Sequence record: NC_048173.1
Direction: 5' to 3' (one strand)
Length of the DNA stretch: 64,000 nucleotides
The stretch's first letter is position 1. Every line of letters starts with the position of its first letter. Under the pieces are notes generated by a model. That model had not been told where the DNA came from, searched no databases, and saw nothing but the letters and a program-made list of their open reading frames with translations. Positions 33,280-42,408 of the stretch are shown piece by piece. Both the position numbers and the translations under genes were made by a program.

Positions 33280-34116
33280 ATGTCTGGTAATAATTTAGGT
33301 ATACACGATGTTTTTGGTATGCACGCTTTTGCACGTTCATCTGGCTATGATGACCAGCGTCAGCGGATGGTTGCAAAGGCAATGGGGTCTTTAATTATAT
33401 CTGTGTTGTCTGACCCGAGCTTGCCTTTGGGTCAGTCAGTGAAAACCAGCGGGAACGGTAAAGTTGAAATACTCACTAGTGCCGAGCTGGAGTATTTCCT
33501 CATGACCAAAGAAACCGAACCTGCCGAATATTTCAAGCGTCTTTTCCAGCACAAAGAAATGCCGGCTTATGTACTGACGGAAAGTCGGCTGGAGCGCGGT
33601 CCTGCACCTGCTACGATGTTAGCCGCGTACACAGAGGTGTATAAAAAGACCCTTATCGTTTCTATTGTAGGGATGGCGGGTAAAACATTCCACTGTGCCG
33701 AAGACGACATGTGTACGGAAGAAGAATTTAGTGAGCTTTTAACCTGTATCATGTTCTTTGGCCCAGCTGCGAAACTCAGAACCATCCCACGTAAAGCATA
33801 CAAGGTTTTACGTGAACTGATGATCGAGCCGATGGCGCACTTTGAACCACGTCTTGATAATCTACTGGACGTGATTAACACAGCACGCGCTGACATTGAC
33901 CACAAAGTTGGTTTTGCGGGCCGCGCCAAATTATTAAGCGCGCCACTGGTACTGGCAATTGCGTCTCTCAACGATGTTACTAAACGCCGCGACCTGATAT
34001 CTTGGATTGCGGCTGAGGCTACTCGTGACCGTGCTGCGTTTTTCGCAGCCTGTGAACTTTTAAATGTTAGTATCAAGTGCGGCGATGGTGAGTTGACGGT
34101 GACGTACAAAGATTAA
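33280..34116 (+). CDS. Hypothetical protein (278 aa)
   Basis: GGAG RBS before ATG 33280. The track start 33193 would run through a terminator. Confidence 0.7.
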   Translation: MSGNNLGIHDVFGMHAFARSSGYDDQRQRMVAKAMGSLIISVLSDPSLPLGQSVKTSGNGKVEILTSAELEYFLMTKETEPAEYFKRLFQHKEMPAYVLTESRLERGPAPATMLAAYTEVYKKTLIVSIVGMAGKTFHCAEDDMCTEEEFSELLTCIMFFGPAAKLRTIPRKAYKVLRELMIEPMAHFEPRLDNLLDVINTARADIDHKVGFAGRAKLLSAPLVLAIASLNDVTKRRDLISWIAAEATRDRAAFFAACELLNVSIKCGDGELTVTYKD

Positions 34117-34123
34117 AAGAATC

Positions 34124-34147
34124 GGGTCTTCGGACCCTTTCTTTTTT
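34124..34147 (+). terminator. Intrinsic terminator
   Basis: GGGTC-TTCG-GACCC followed by TTTCTTTTTT. Confidence 0.75.
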
Positions 34148-34200
34148 TGTCTTTTTTACGCCAGAGACCTAAAGTATAGGATAACTTATCGGTACTAAAA

Positions 34201-36711
34201 ATGTTCAAAGTAAACCGTATTAAGCTTAAAGGGTTCACGGGAATGGCGCTGCACGACGTTGCAGAATTCGACTTCTCGATTAAAACTCCTATCACTATTA
34301 TTCTCGGCGGGAACGGAAGCGGCAAGACCAGTTTACTCTCTGTCTATTTTCCGGTCTGTCCTCCAAAGGAAGATTTAAAAGACGGCGGGTCGTACACCAA
34401 CTATTGCCAGATGGATGACGTACGCTATAAATGCTACGTTAAACGTACGGGCGGTACGCTACATTGCTCCATCACGAACCTCGAGACTAACGAGGAAATC
34501 GTTTCTAAGGTCAACCCGAAAGTTTATAACGCGAACATCGAAGACCTGTTCGGCTTAACTAAAGAGCGTAAAGACCTGCTGAACGGCGAGAGCATCCTGA
34601 CTCGTGCAGGCACCTCACAACGTCGTCAGTGGTTCACCATGCTGTCGACTTCCAACCTGACCTATGCGTTGGGTTTCTATACGCGTCTTCGTAAACACCT
34701 GACTGCGCTCGGTAATCAGGCGGATTATGTTCGTGGTAAGATTGCTGAAACCAAAGTCCGCGTTGTGGAAGACGAGACGGAGCGTTTGCAATTAGAAGAG
34801 CGCTTAAAAGTGCTCGAAGCTGAAATCAGTAAGTTGGCTGCATCGTTAGCAATCACCCCTGCAACCGACCCGAATGTCGATGAGAATTATATTCGTCATC
34901 TATTAGCGCAGTGTGCAGAAGTCAGTAAGTTTGTCGTCGGCGGTCAAGCGATTCCCGTGCAGGATGATATTGACAGTGCGCAGTTAACCATTCAGAACTT
35001 GAATGCCTCTATTCAGTCGTGGGGTGCGGTGTATACCGAACGTAACAAAGCCCTGTCTGCACTGATGGACGAAGAAGCGCGTCAACAGTATCTGATGCGT
35101 AACCACTCTGGACTGAAAGAGCAACTGGCGCAGTTAACCGCGACGGTACAGCAGTACGAAGCGCGGGGCTACCTGTTTAAGTCGCTGTTTGATGTACAGC
35201 TTACGGTCGATGAATTGAAATCAGCGAACGACGCGGCTCGTGACTTTGCACATACGCTGCAGACCAATGTGGATGCACTGACTACCCGTGAAACGATTCG
35301 CTCTATTCAGGAGTCGTTGATTCCGATTGAGAACCGGATTACGGAACTGGCAGGTAAAGTGGTGACATTAGAACGCTTGCTGGCAGAAGACCAAGCGATG
35401 CTGCAGCACATTCGTGACACTGACGAAGTGAGTTGTCCAAACTGCTCACACACCTTTAAGCCGGGTGTGGGTAAGTTAACGGAAACTGATTTGCAACAGC
35501 GTATTCTCACGGGTACGAATCACATCACCGTTCACACGACCGAAATTAATGGCCAACGTCGTGAACAGACTGCGCTGTTAGACGAAATGAAACGTCTGCA
35601 AGCCATCCGTGAAATCGTCATGACCTATTCGCGTGACCGCGTGCTGTCAATTCTCTTTAAGAAGCTGACGGAGGAAGGGGCGTTTCGTGAGAACCGTTCG
35701 AAGTTCGGCGGGATTGTTACGGCGTTCTTTGATGAAGTCACCGAAGCGACGCATTATCTGCGGGAGAAACTCCAGCTGGAGAAGACTCGTGAAGAGTGGG
35801 CAGAGATTGCACGGGCGCAGGGCAACGTTGACACCACACTGGAAGCACGTCTGGCTGTACAACGCGATGCGGTAAATGAAGCACTGCAAGCCAAGTACAA
35901 TGTCGAAGGCTCTCTCAAGCACGCACAGGCACATCTCGACAGTCTGCTACGTACCAAAGCAGCAGTAGAGAATTTCAAAGTGTTGGAAGGGCGTTTAGAA
36001 TCAGCAATGCGTCTGTATTCAAACAACCTTGCGGTCAAAGAAGTCGAGAACTTCCGTGACATGCGCTGGGACCAGTATTCCGTTGCCCGTGAACGCTACC
36101 GTTTAATGCAACAGGAGCTGGACAAACTCGCGGAACTTGAGAAAGAGCTGGAGCGGTTATTAAAGCACCAACACACTGCCAAGTTAATGGTCACCAGTTT
36201 CTCTCCGGAGAAAGGGGTATTGCGTCGTCACTTCTTTAACTCGATTGCGCGCGTCACCGAGATGATGTCCAGTTACATTGAACACGTCTGGGCGTACCCA
36301 ATGCAGGTGTTGCCGTGTGACATGTCAGAAGGGGATTTGGACTACCGTTTCCCGTATCGCCTGAAAGACAACCCAGAGCCAGTGTTCGATATCTGCAAAG
36401 GGTCGGCGGCGCAGCGGGATATCTTTGACCTGACCTTCCGTTTAACAGCGTACCGTTGTTTGGGTCTGAAGCAGTATCCGTTACTGTTAGACGAACCGGG
36501 TGCCACCTTCGATGAGGCACACCGTAACGAACTGGTTGACTTCTTGAAGATGCTGTTAAACTCCGATGAGTTCTCACAAATCATCGTGATTTCTCACAAC
36601 TCGGAAGTTCACTCGAAACTCGTAGGTGCAGATTACTGCGTACTGGAATCGGAAGGGATTACCCCTCCACCGGTTTATAATCAGAACGTGAAAATAACTT
36701 ATACCGATTAA
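34201..36711 (+). CDS. sbcC: SbcC/Rad50-like SMC ATPase
   Basis: Walker A GGNGSGKT, long coiled coils around a CPNC zinc hook, Walker B LLLDEP, and IIVISH H-loop. Confidence 0.9.
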   Translation: MFKVNRIKLKGFTGMALHDVAEFDFSIKTPITIILGGNGSGKTSLLSVYFPVCPPKEDLKDGGSYTNYCQMDDVRYKCYVKRTGGTLHCSITNLETNEEIVSKVNPKVYNANIEDLFGLTKERKDLLNGESILTRAGTSQRRQWFTMLSTSNLTYALGFYTRLRKHLTALGNQADYVRGKIAETKVRVVEDETERLQLEERLKVLEAEISKLAASLAITPATDPNVDENYIRHLLAQCAEVSKFVVGGQAIPVQDDIDSAQLTIQNLNASIQSWGAVYTERNKALSALMDEEARQQYLMRNHSGLKEQLAQLTATVQQYEARGYLFKSLFDVQLTVDELKSANDAARDFAHTLQTNVDALTTRETIRSIQESLIPIENRITELAGKVVTLERLLAEDQAMLQHIRDTDEVSCPNCSHTFKPGVGKLTETDLQQRILTGTNHITVHTTEINGQRREQTALLDEMKRLQAIREIVMTYSRDRVLSILFKKLTEEGAFRENRSKFGGIVTAFFDEVTEATHYLREKLQLEKTREEWAEIARAQGNVDTTLEARLAVQRDAVNEALQAKYNVEGSLKHAQAHLDSLLRTKAAVENFKVLEGRLESAMRLYSNNLAVKEVENFRDMRWDQYSVARERYRLMQQELDKLAELEKELERLLKHQHTAKLMVTSFSPEKGVLRRHFFNSIARVTEMMSSYIEHVWAYPMQVLPCDMSEGDLDYRFPYRLKDNPEPVFDICKGSAAQRDIFDLTFRLTAYRCLGLKQYPLLLDEPGATFDEAHRNELVDFLKMLLNSDEFSQIIVISHNSEVHSKLVGADYCVLESEGITPPPVYNQNVKITYTD

Positions 36712-36720
36712 GGAGCTATC

Positions 36721-37059
36721 ATGGGTGGGGCCGTTGTCATCGTAACAACGGCTGCTGCTAACGCGGCAGCCAGTGCATCCATTGCAGCCAGTAATGCAGC
36801 CAATGCTGCTAACAACTTCAGCTACTCCGGTGCCGATGGGGACGTCGGGCTGGAAATGGTGTTTGTCATTTTGTTTATGCTGGTTCTCATTGGTGGCGGT
36901 GTGCGTGTTACTGACTCAAAATGGGAACGTGACTGGGCGCGGGGGCATGACCATGCAAAGTACGTGCACTTTCACAATCAGATGATTTTACGGGGCGTGT
37001 GCTTAGCCATTGCGTTGGGCATCATTGCTATTCTTGGCATTTTAACGGCGACACTATAA
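36721..37059 (+). CDS. Small membrane protein with Ala-rich N-terminus
   Basis: TAAGGAG RBS. Two hydrophobic segments. Confidence 0.7.
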   Translation: MGGAVVIVTTAAANAAASASIAASNAANAANNFSYSGADGDVGLEMVFVILFMLVLIGGGVRVTDSKWERDWARGHDHAKYVHFHNQMILRGVCLAIALGIIAILGILTATL

Positions 37060-37145
37060 TGAACATCATGACTCTGGTAGGGCGTGTGATTAAGGCAATT
37101 ATCCGTTCCATGTTCACACGGAAGAAAGAGCAACAAGAAAAATAA

Positions 37146-37173
37146 TTTCAGATATATATCATCTTCATGCTAA
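37146..37173 (+). promoter_or_regulatory. Putative phage early promoter
   Basis: 14-nt TTTCAGATATATAT identical to 30519-30532, then TGCTAA after the same 8-nt spacing. Confidence 0.6.
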
Positions 37174-37194
37174 TCAATCCATTTGGAGTTAATC

Positions 37195-37935
37195 ATGTAT
37201 CATTTTTTAAGACAGCTTGGAGATGAGCGTTCGCAGACAACCCGCGACAGTTGGCTGGACGAGTTTGATAAGTTCTACTTCCCCGTGCGGGAAAGAGGGG
37301 TAACCATCCAACGGACGTTTCGTACTTGGAACGGTATAGTCCCTCCGAACATCATGTGGCGTCTACGCGCTTTTGATGCGTTAGAAAAGTGGTGGGTTGA
37401 CTCCGGCTATGCTGATTGTCCTGTAGCAACATATACCCCAACGTGGGACGAGCATGTCTATCGGCAGGCGTATGAAGAGATGCAGTTCCATGCGCCGTTT
37501 GATACGGTGGCGTTCTTAGCTGCCATCGACGCCAAGACTGGGCGTGACCTGTTGATATTTAAAAGCATCGTTCTGCCTGAGTGGACACTCTCACCGTCGT
37601 ACAATTACGTTGATGAACCGTCCAAGCTTTATCGCGTGATGCGCGACATCTGGTACGGTCCTCGCGCACCGAACGTTCGTTTGGAATTCAGTGACTGTGC
37701 CATTCAATACGCGTGGCACCAGAACCACTATTTCCTGTACCAGCCTGAACCGGAGCTGTGGATGTGGATAGCCCATCATGCTAAACCGTCCTACGCTAAA
37801 GGCCGTTTGTATGCACTCAACGTCAAAAACGATCTGAGTGTATTAGAGGAGCGCTACTTGCATTCTCTGGTGAATATACAAGTCACTAAACCAAACGGGA
37901 AGAAGGAATTATGGAAGGCTGGAAAGCAGAGCTAA
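37195..37935 (+). CDS. Hypothetical protein (246 aa, aromatic-rich)
   Basis: GGAG RBS before ATG 37195. Confidence 0.75.
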   Translation: MYHFLRQLGDERSQTTRDSWLDEFDKFYFPVRERGVTIQRTFRTWNGIVPPNIMWRLRAFDALEKWWVDSGYADCPVATYTPTWDEHVYRQAYEEMQFHAPFDTVAFLAAIDAKTGRDLLIFKSIVLPEWTLSPSYNYVDEPSKLYRVMRDIWYGPRAPNVRLEFSDCAIQYAWHQNHYFLYQPEPELWMWIAHHAKPSYAKGRLYALNVKNDLSVLEERYLHSLVNIQVTKPNGKKELWKAGKQS

Positions 37936-38019
37936 TTGGCAGCGGGATATTTTTAGCTACATCGTTTTTATTTCTCTACATTATTCATCGTCGGGACAGG
38001 AAGTCCAGAAGGAGTTCGA

Positions 38020-38166
38020 ATGAAAAATCCTAAAATTATTTTTGGCGTCGTCATGCTGGGTCTGTTCCTCATGAAGCAGTGGTGGTTGTTCCTGCCGATG
38101 TTCGGTTTCTCACTGGGTTATTTAATGCGTGGGGAAATCGACCGGCAGGCGAGCAAGAAGTCGTGA
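38020..38166 (+). CDS. Small membrane protein (48 aa; below ORF-track cutoff)
   Basis: AAGGAG RBS. MKNPKIIFGVVMLGLFLMKQWWLFLPMFGFSLGYLMRGEIDRQASKKS. Confidence 0.6.
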   Translation: MKNPKIIFGVVMLGLFLMKQWWLFLPMFGFSLGYLMRGEIDRQASKKS

Positions 38167-38310
38167 ACCCGTTCTTTAAGCCGGTGGAGAATCCGGCTTT
38201 ACTTCTTGTAGCACATATCGTGCGTAAGACGACGTCGCAAAACTAAAGCGATGCGTAAAAAGTAATAATCCAAAAGACATATCTATCAAACATACCGTGG
38301 AGCATTCAAA

Positions 38311-39231
38311 ATGAACGAACAAAAGAAAGTAACTTTACCAGGCAGCATCTCTAACATCCCAACCACTAACTACGGCCGTGCTTACTCTATCGTGAGTACG
38401 TGGGCAGGCCATTACACCGCTGACGAGATGAAGCGTATGCTTATTGGTCGTGGCATTGACATTCGTGATATTGACGTTGAAGCCATGCATCGCATCTGCC
38501 GTGAGGGTCTGGCGGAGCTGACCACGTCTGCTGGAAGCGTCGAAATTACCTACGAGGATGGCACGAAGGAAAGCCGTTCTGCATCTGCTTCAATGATGCA
38601 ACCAAAAACTCCGGAAGAGCAGGAGAATGCGTGGATTGAACGCAAGCGCGGTTTGATTGTCGCCGCATTAGCTCGCCATCAGGGTAACACTGAGAAACTT
38701 GTCAGCATTGATAAGTTAACGCAACGTCTGTTTAGCAAAGACCGTACGGCTTCTCAGCGCATGATGGACATGCAAGAGCTTGCAGATTTGCTGGGCATTA
38801 ATACTCTCAACGAAGACCCGGCTTGGGACATGTTTAAAACCCAAGCGCTGGAGTCCGTTCCGGGCATGCATCGTCATATCCCTAACCGCCTTACGGGTGA
38901 AACCGAACTAGCACGTTTCTGTGATTACGAGAGAGGACGCTTGCCTCAATTCTCACTGGATAATGTTAAACTTGCCGACCTTGGCGTAGGTAAGTTGTTG
39001 GATGCTGATAGCCTGATGGCACCTCGCCCGATGAGTATTCATGCGAGCATTGCGGAAATGGGTAGCATTTTCCAGATGCCTAAACCGGCACCGGTGCGTC
39101 TCTCTCATCCGTACGACCATGTGTTCCGCACTTACAGCGATGATTACCTCCGGGAAAAAGCTATCAAACGTAAGGCGAAGCGTATTAAGAACCAGCGTCG
39201 TCGTCGCAACGCGAAAGCACGGAGAAAGTAA
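38311..39231 (+). CDS. Hypothetical protein with very basic C-terminal tail
   Basis: GGAG RBS. Ends KAIKRKAKRIKNQRRRRNAKARRK. Confidence 0.75.
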   Translation: MNEQKKVTLPGSISNIPTTNYGRAYSIVSTWAGHYTADEMKRMLIGRGIDIRDIDVEAMHRICREGLAELTTSAGSVEITYEDGTKESRSASASMMQPKTPEEQENAWIERKRGLIVAALARHQGNTEKLVSIDKLTQRLFSKDRTASQRMMDMQELADLLGINTLNEDPAWDMFKTQALESVPGMHRHIPNRLTGETELARFCDYERGRLPQFSLDNVKLADLGVGKLLDADSLMAPRPMSIHASIAEMGSIFQMPKPAPVRLSHPYDHVFRTYSDDYLREKAIKRKAKRIKNQRRRRNAKARRK

Positions 39232-39413
39232 TGGAAAAGGAATTTGTAATGCAGCCGGTACCGTTTATCTTGCGTCCACCGGTCGAGCCTGAGCAAACGG
39301 TATTGCGCTATCGCACAAAGACGACCATCGCGGGTAAAGACTATTTGCTCTACACGCCGGGCCCACAAGACGACACTTCCGAACTGGTCGAGGTGAAATT
39401 AGATGAATGCTGA
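39231..39413 (+). CDS. Hypothetical protein (60 aa)
   Basis: Stop/start overlap TAATG with the upstream gene. GGAG upstream. Confidence 0.6.
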   Translation: MEKEFVMQPVPFILRPPVEPEQTVLRYRTKTTIAGKDYLLYTPGPQDDTSELVEVKLDEC

Positions 39414-39603
39414 TGATTTGATTTTGTTCCAGAAGTTTCTCGGGGTGCTCTCTATCGGTGTCGCTCTGATTGTTGTCGTACTGGCAATCAAAGTCGGGAT
39501 TGATAAATACGTTGACCGCAATAACTATTTTGAAGAGGATGAGGAATCAAGTAATGACGATGACGTGGCACACGAAGCACGAACATTACCACACTCTAAA
39601 TAA
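39403..39603 (+). CDS. Small single-TM protein with acidic tail
   Basis: GAGG RBS. Hydrophobic segment followed by EEDEESSNDDD. Confidence 0.6.
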   Translation: MNADDLILFQKFLGVLSIGVALIVVVLAIKVGIDKYVDRNNYFEEDEESSNDDDVAHEARTLPHSK

Positions 39604-39871
39604 CGAGATTGCGGAATGGGCGAAAGTGAACGTAGGGCCAAACTGGGATTTGGAAACCACCTATACGTTCATCTGGTTTGATGGGGAAGAGCGTCTGTTC
39701 CGTGAAGATGTTCGTGAGAAAGTGATGTCGAAGATGGAAGGGCATCCGCCTATTCCAGAGAACCATCGCCGTCTTTACAACCTCTATCAAAACTACAATC
39801 ACAATCCGGTGAAGACGTACTTCACGTATATCGACGTACCGGCTGAAGACTGTTACGAGAAAGAGCGGTAA
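39554..39871 (+). CDS. Hypothetical protein
   Basis: GAGGA RBS before ATG 39554. Confidence 0.6.
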   Translation: MTMTWHTKHEHYHTLNNEIAEWAKVNVGPNWDLETTYTFIWFDGEERLFREDVREKVMSKMEGHPPIPENHRRLYNLYQNYNHNPVKTYFTYIDVPAEDCYEKER

Positions 39872-39873
39872 TC

Positions 39874-40371
39874 ATGCTATCATTAAAGTTTCTTCGCGAG
39901 TCGACTATCGACGGGGATTTGTTCAACGCACCGGAGACGTATAAAGTCGTTACGGTGAATCAAGTCGGGGCTATGGGTCGGGGCATAGCACTCTCTTGCA
40001 AAGAACGTTATCCCAATGTCTATCGGGAGTACCGTAAGGCATGTCGTGAGAAACTTTATTTCCCCGACGATGTCATGGTGTTCGAAGAGGAGAAGATTAT
40101 TCTCCTCGCCACTAAAGACGACTGGAAAGCCCCATCCACGGTTGAAATTATTACACGTGGGTTATATGGTTTGAGTCGTCAACTCCCGAACCTTAAAGCC
40201 TCCATTGCCATTCCGCCGTTAGGAATGGTTAATGGTTGGCTGAAGAAATCCCAGCGTGCTGAGATTTTTTCTTTGGTCGTTGAACTTTTCCACAAACAAG
40301 ACTGCAACGTGAGAGTGTACCTCCCGGACGTTTTGTATGAGGAGGTACGTGAGTTGTACCATTCCAAATAG
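39874..40371 (+). CDS. Macrodomain protein, DarG/TARG1-like
   Basis: GDLF, TVNQVGAMGRGIAL, YP..Y..Y..AC, ATKDDW and SIAIPPLG..NG.L motifs follow the DarG macrodomain pattern. Confidence 0.85.
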   Translation: MLSLKFLRESTIDGDLFNAPETYKVVTVNQVGAMGRGIALSCKERYPNVYREYRKACREKLYFPDDVMVFEEEKIILLATKDDWKAPSTVEIITRGLYGLSRQLPNLKASIAIPPLGMVNGWLKKSQRAEIFSLVVELFHKQDCNVRVYLPDVLYEEVRELYHSK

Positions 40372-40377
40372 GCATGG

Positions 40378-40400
40378 ATATATATTCTCATTGTGGCTAA
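40378..40400 (+). promoter_or_regulatory. Possible phage early promoter
   Basis: ATATATATTCT..TGGCTAA variant of the motif at 30525 and 37152. Confidence 0.4.
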
Positions 40401-40523
40401 TAGATTAGTCCGAGAACATCACTTTATTAATTTCCGCAGGAGGCAGACTTAGGAACACCACGCCATTGGGGTAGTAGCTTTACTACAAACCAGCGTCTAT
40501 CACTCTCACGAGGAACACGTTAA

Positions 40524-41381
40524 ATGAAACATTTATTTTTAGGCTTAGCAATCCTGCTGACAAGCCTGCCCGCATTAGCATCAACATCCACGAGCGCTTC
40601 ATGGGACCGCCATAAGCAGACGGTAGCCAAAGCAGCACACAAAGTTGGAGTATCACCCAAATTAGCCACCGCCATTGCCGGCCGTGAATCAGGCGGCAAC
40701 GCCAAGGCAAGAAATCCACACTCCTCGGCCTCGGGCCTGATGGGAGTCACGCGACCGACCGCTCGCACCATGCTGCGTAAATACGGTAAAGAGTTAGGAC
40801 TCTCCCGTAACGCGGATATCATGAACCCAAAGGTCAACGCGCTGTTAGGGACTGTCTATTTGAGAGAAGTCCGTCAGGAAATGAATCAACGCTTGGGTCG
40901 TCCAGCCCGGGACCACGAAGTGTATCTTGCATATCACTTTTCTCCCGCAAAAGCTGAACGCATTATTAAAGCGCGCCCTTCAAAACGCATGGTAGATATC
41001 TATCCCTCCGCAGCACGCGGTAACAAGGCATGGTATTACCACAAAGGCGGAAAGGCGAAGTCTGCCGCTGATGTAATTAGCATGGCACGAAACAAAGTCG
41101 GCAAAGAGTCGAAGTATGGTCACGAAGCTGTGTCAATAGCCGAGAATACACAGAAGGCTAAAGCCGCTCCTACAACGTTAGCGAGTATGGCTACCACCAC
41201 ACCGGTCTGCATGGCAGACGTGGTATCTGAGTCGTCTCAGCCTCGTGAACACCCTTTATTGGTGAAAGGTACGTTAGGCACAAGCGTGATGTCACGCTGC
41301 CGTGACACCTCCACCTTGGACCCGGAGTTTGATACTGCGATGGTGCGGTACTCCCTAAAAGAACAGTATTTGCGTTATTAA
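40524..41381 (+). CDS. Lytic transglycosylase (SLT family) with Sec signal peptide
   Basis: MKHLFLGLAILLTSLPALA signal. AIAGRESGG catalytic Glu, ASGLMG and YLAYHF motifs. Confidence 0.8.
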   Translation: MKHLFLGLAILLTSLPALASTSTSASWDRHKQTVAKAAHKVGVSPKLATAIAGRESGGNAKARNPHSSASGLMGVTRPTARTMLRKYGKELGLSRNADIMNPKVNALLGTVYLREVRQEMNQRLGRPARDHEVYLAYHFSPAKAERIIKARPSKRMVDIYPSAARGNKAWYYHKGGKAKSAADVISMARNKVGKESKYGHEAVSIAENTQKAKAAPTTLASMATTTPVCMADVVSESSQPREHPLLVKGTLGTSVMSRCRDTSTLDPEFDTAMVRYSLKEQYLRY

Positions 41382-41394
41382 TCAGGAGCAGACG

Positions 41395-41868
41395 GTGAAA
41401 CAGAAACAGCCGGCTTATTATCGCCCTATTGCGGAGGCACTACGCCTTACCGCGAATCAGGCAGTGAGTCAGACGTTGAAGAGTAACTTTGGCGTGAAGA
41501 GCACGTTTTATCGTGTGCATGATTGCCAGCATACGTTAGAGCATGCCTTAGAACGCCGTCATTTTGACTTTGACACAGCGTACGGATTGCTTTATCTGAT
41601 GGGTTATCGCCCATCGTTATTAGAAACGGCTGACGGTCATGCGTTGTTGCTGCTCCCGTCTACGACCTATAACCGAACCATCACACTGGAAATTGCGACT
41701 CAGGAAGCGAAAGTGTATCTGGCCAGAACACTGAAGCTCTCTGATGAAACGCTTTCTATTAAGAAGCAGTTGGCAGCTTTCGGCGACGGCCGTCAGATTC
41801 TGCGCGATACTTCACTTCCACGTGAGAAGTTCTTACTTGAGTACAAACGTTATGAAGACGCTGCTTGA
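41395..41868 (+). CDS. Hypothetical protein (157 aa)
   Basis: AGGAG RBS, GTG start. Confidence 0.7.
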   Translation: MKQKQPAYYRPIAEALRLTANQAVSQTLKSNFGVKSTFYRVHDCQHTLEHALERRHFDFDTAYGLLYLMGYRPSLLETADGHALLLLPSTTYNRTITLEIATQEAKVYLARTLKLSDETLSIKKQLAAFGDGRQILRDTSLPREKFLLEYKRYEDAA

Positions 41869-42361
41869 CCTGACCCGCTTTTACAACCAGCCAGACAGCA
41901 AGGAAGTGTTAGCGCTGACTATGCCGGTATTGGTCGAGGCGTGTCGTCTTGACGTCTCTGTGGAAACTGCACTCATCTCCTCAACCGCCATTACGGACTA
42001 CGATGTCGAAGCGTATCTAAATTCGCAACATATCGTCGTACCGTATAACATGCATGTGGTGATTGCGCCGGAACATCGGATGGTGTATCAAACGGCCACA
42101 CCGGTTCCGTTGTTTGGGGATGCCTTATCCTACGACCTGACAGCAGCAACCTTTTTCAAAACCGGCGTTGGTATGTCCTATCGCAAGTGGGCTCTTGCGG
42201 TGTGGGAAGACAACGCGGATGCGATTACGGTGCTCGCAGTCATGGACGAAGAACGGCTGGACCCTGAGGTGATTACTGTTACCAATGTTGAAGGGCGGAC
42301 GAACGCGTGCATCTTTACGCCAGAGATGTGTTACGTGCGAATCGACCCAAGCAAACAATAA
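41852..42361 (+). CDS. Hypothetical protein (169 aa)
   Basis: ATG 41852 overlaps the upstream gene end. The track extension to 41744 is unlikely. Confidence 0.6.
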   Translation: MKTLLDLTRFYNQPDSKEVLALTMPVLVEACRLDVSVETALISSTAITDYDVEAYLNSQHIVVPYNMHVVIAPEHRMVYQTATPVPLFGDALSYDLTAATFFKTGVGMSYRKWALAVWEDNADAITVLAVMDEERLDPEVITVTNVEGRTNACIFTPEMCYVRIDPSKQ

Positions 42362-42408
42362 AAAGGCACCCTACCCCCGTCGGGGGTAGGTCCTTAGTTT
42401 ATTTTTTT
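42358..42408. terminator. Bidirectional intrinsic terminator
   Basis: CCTACCCCC-GTC-GGGGGTAGG flanked by A- and T-tracts between convergent genes. Confidence 0.8.
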
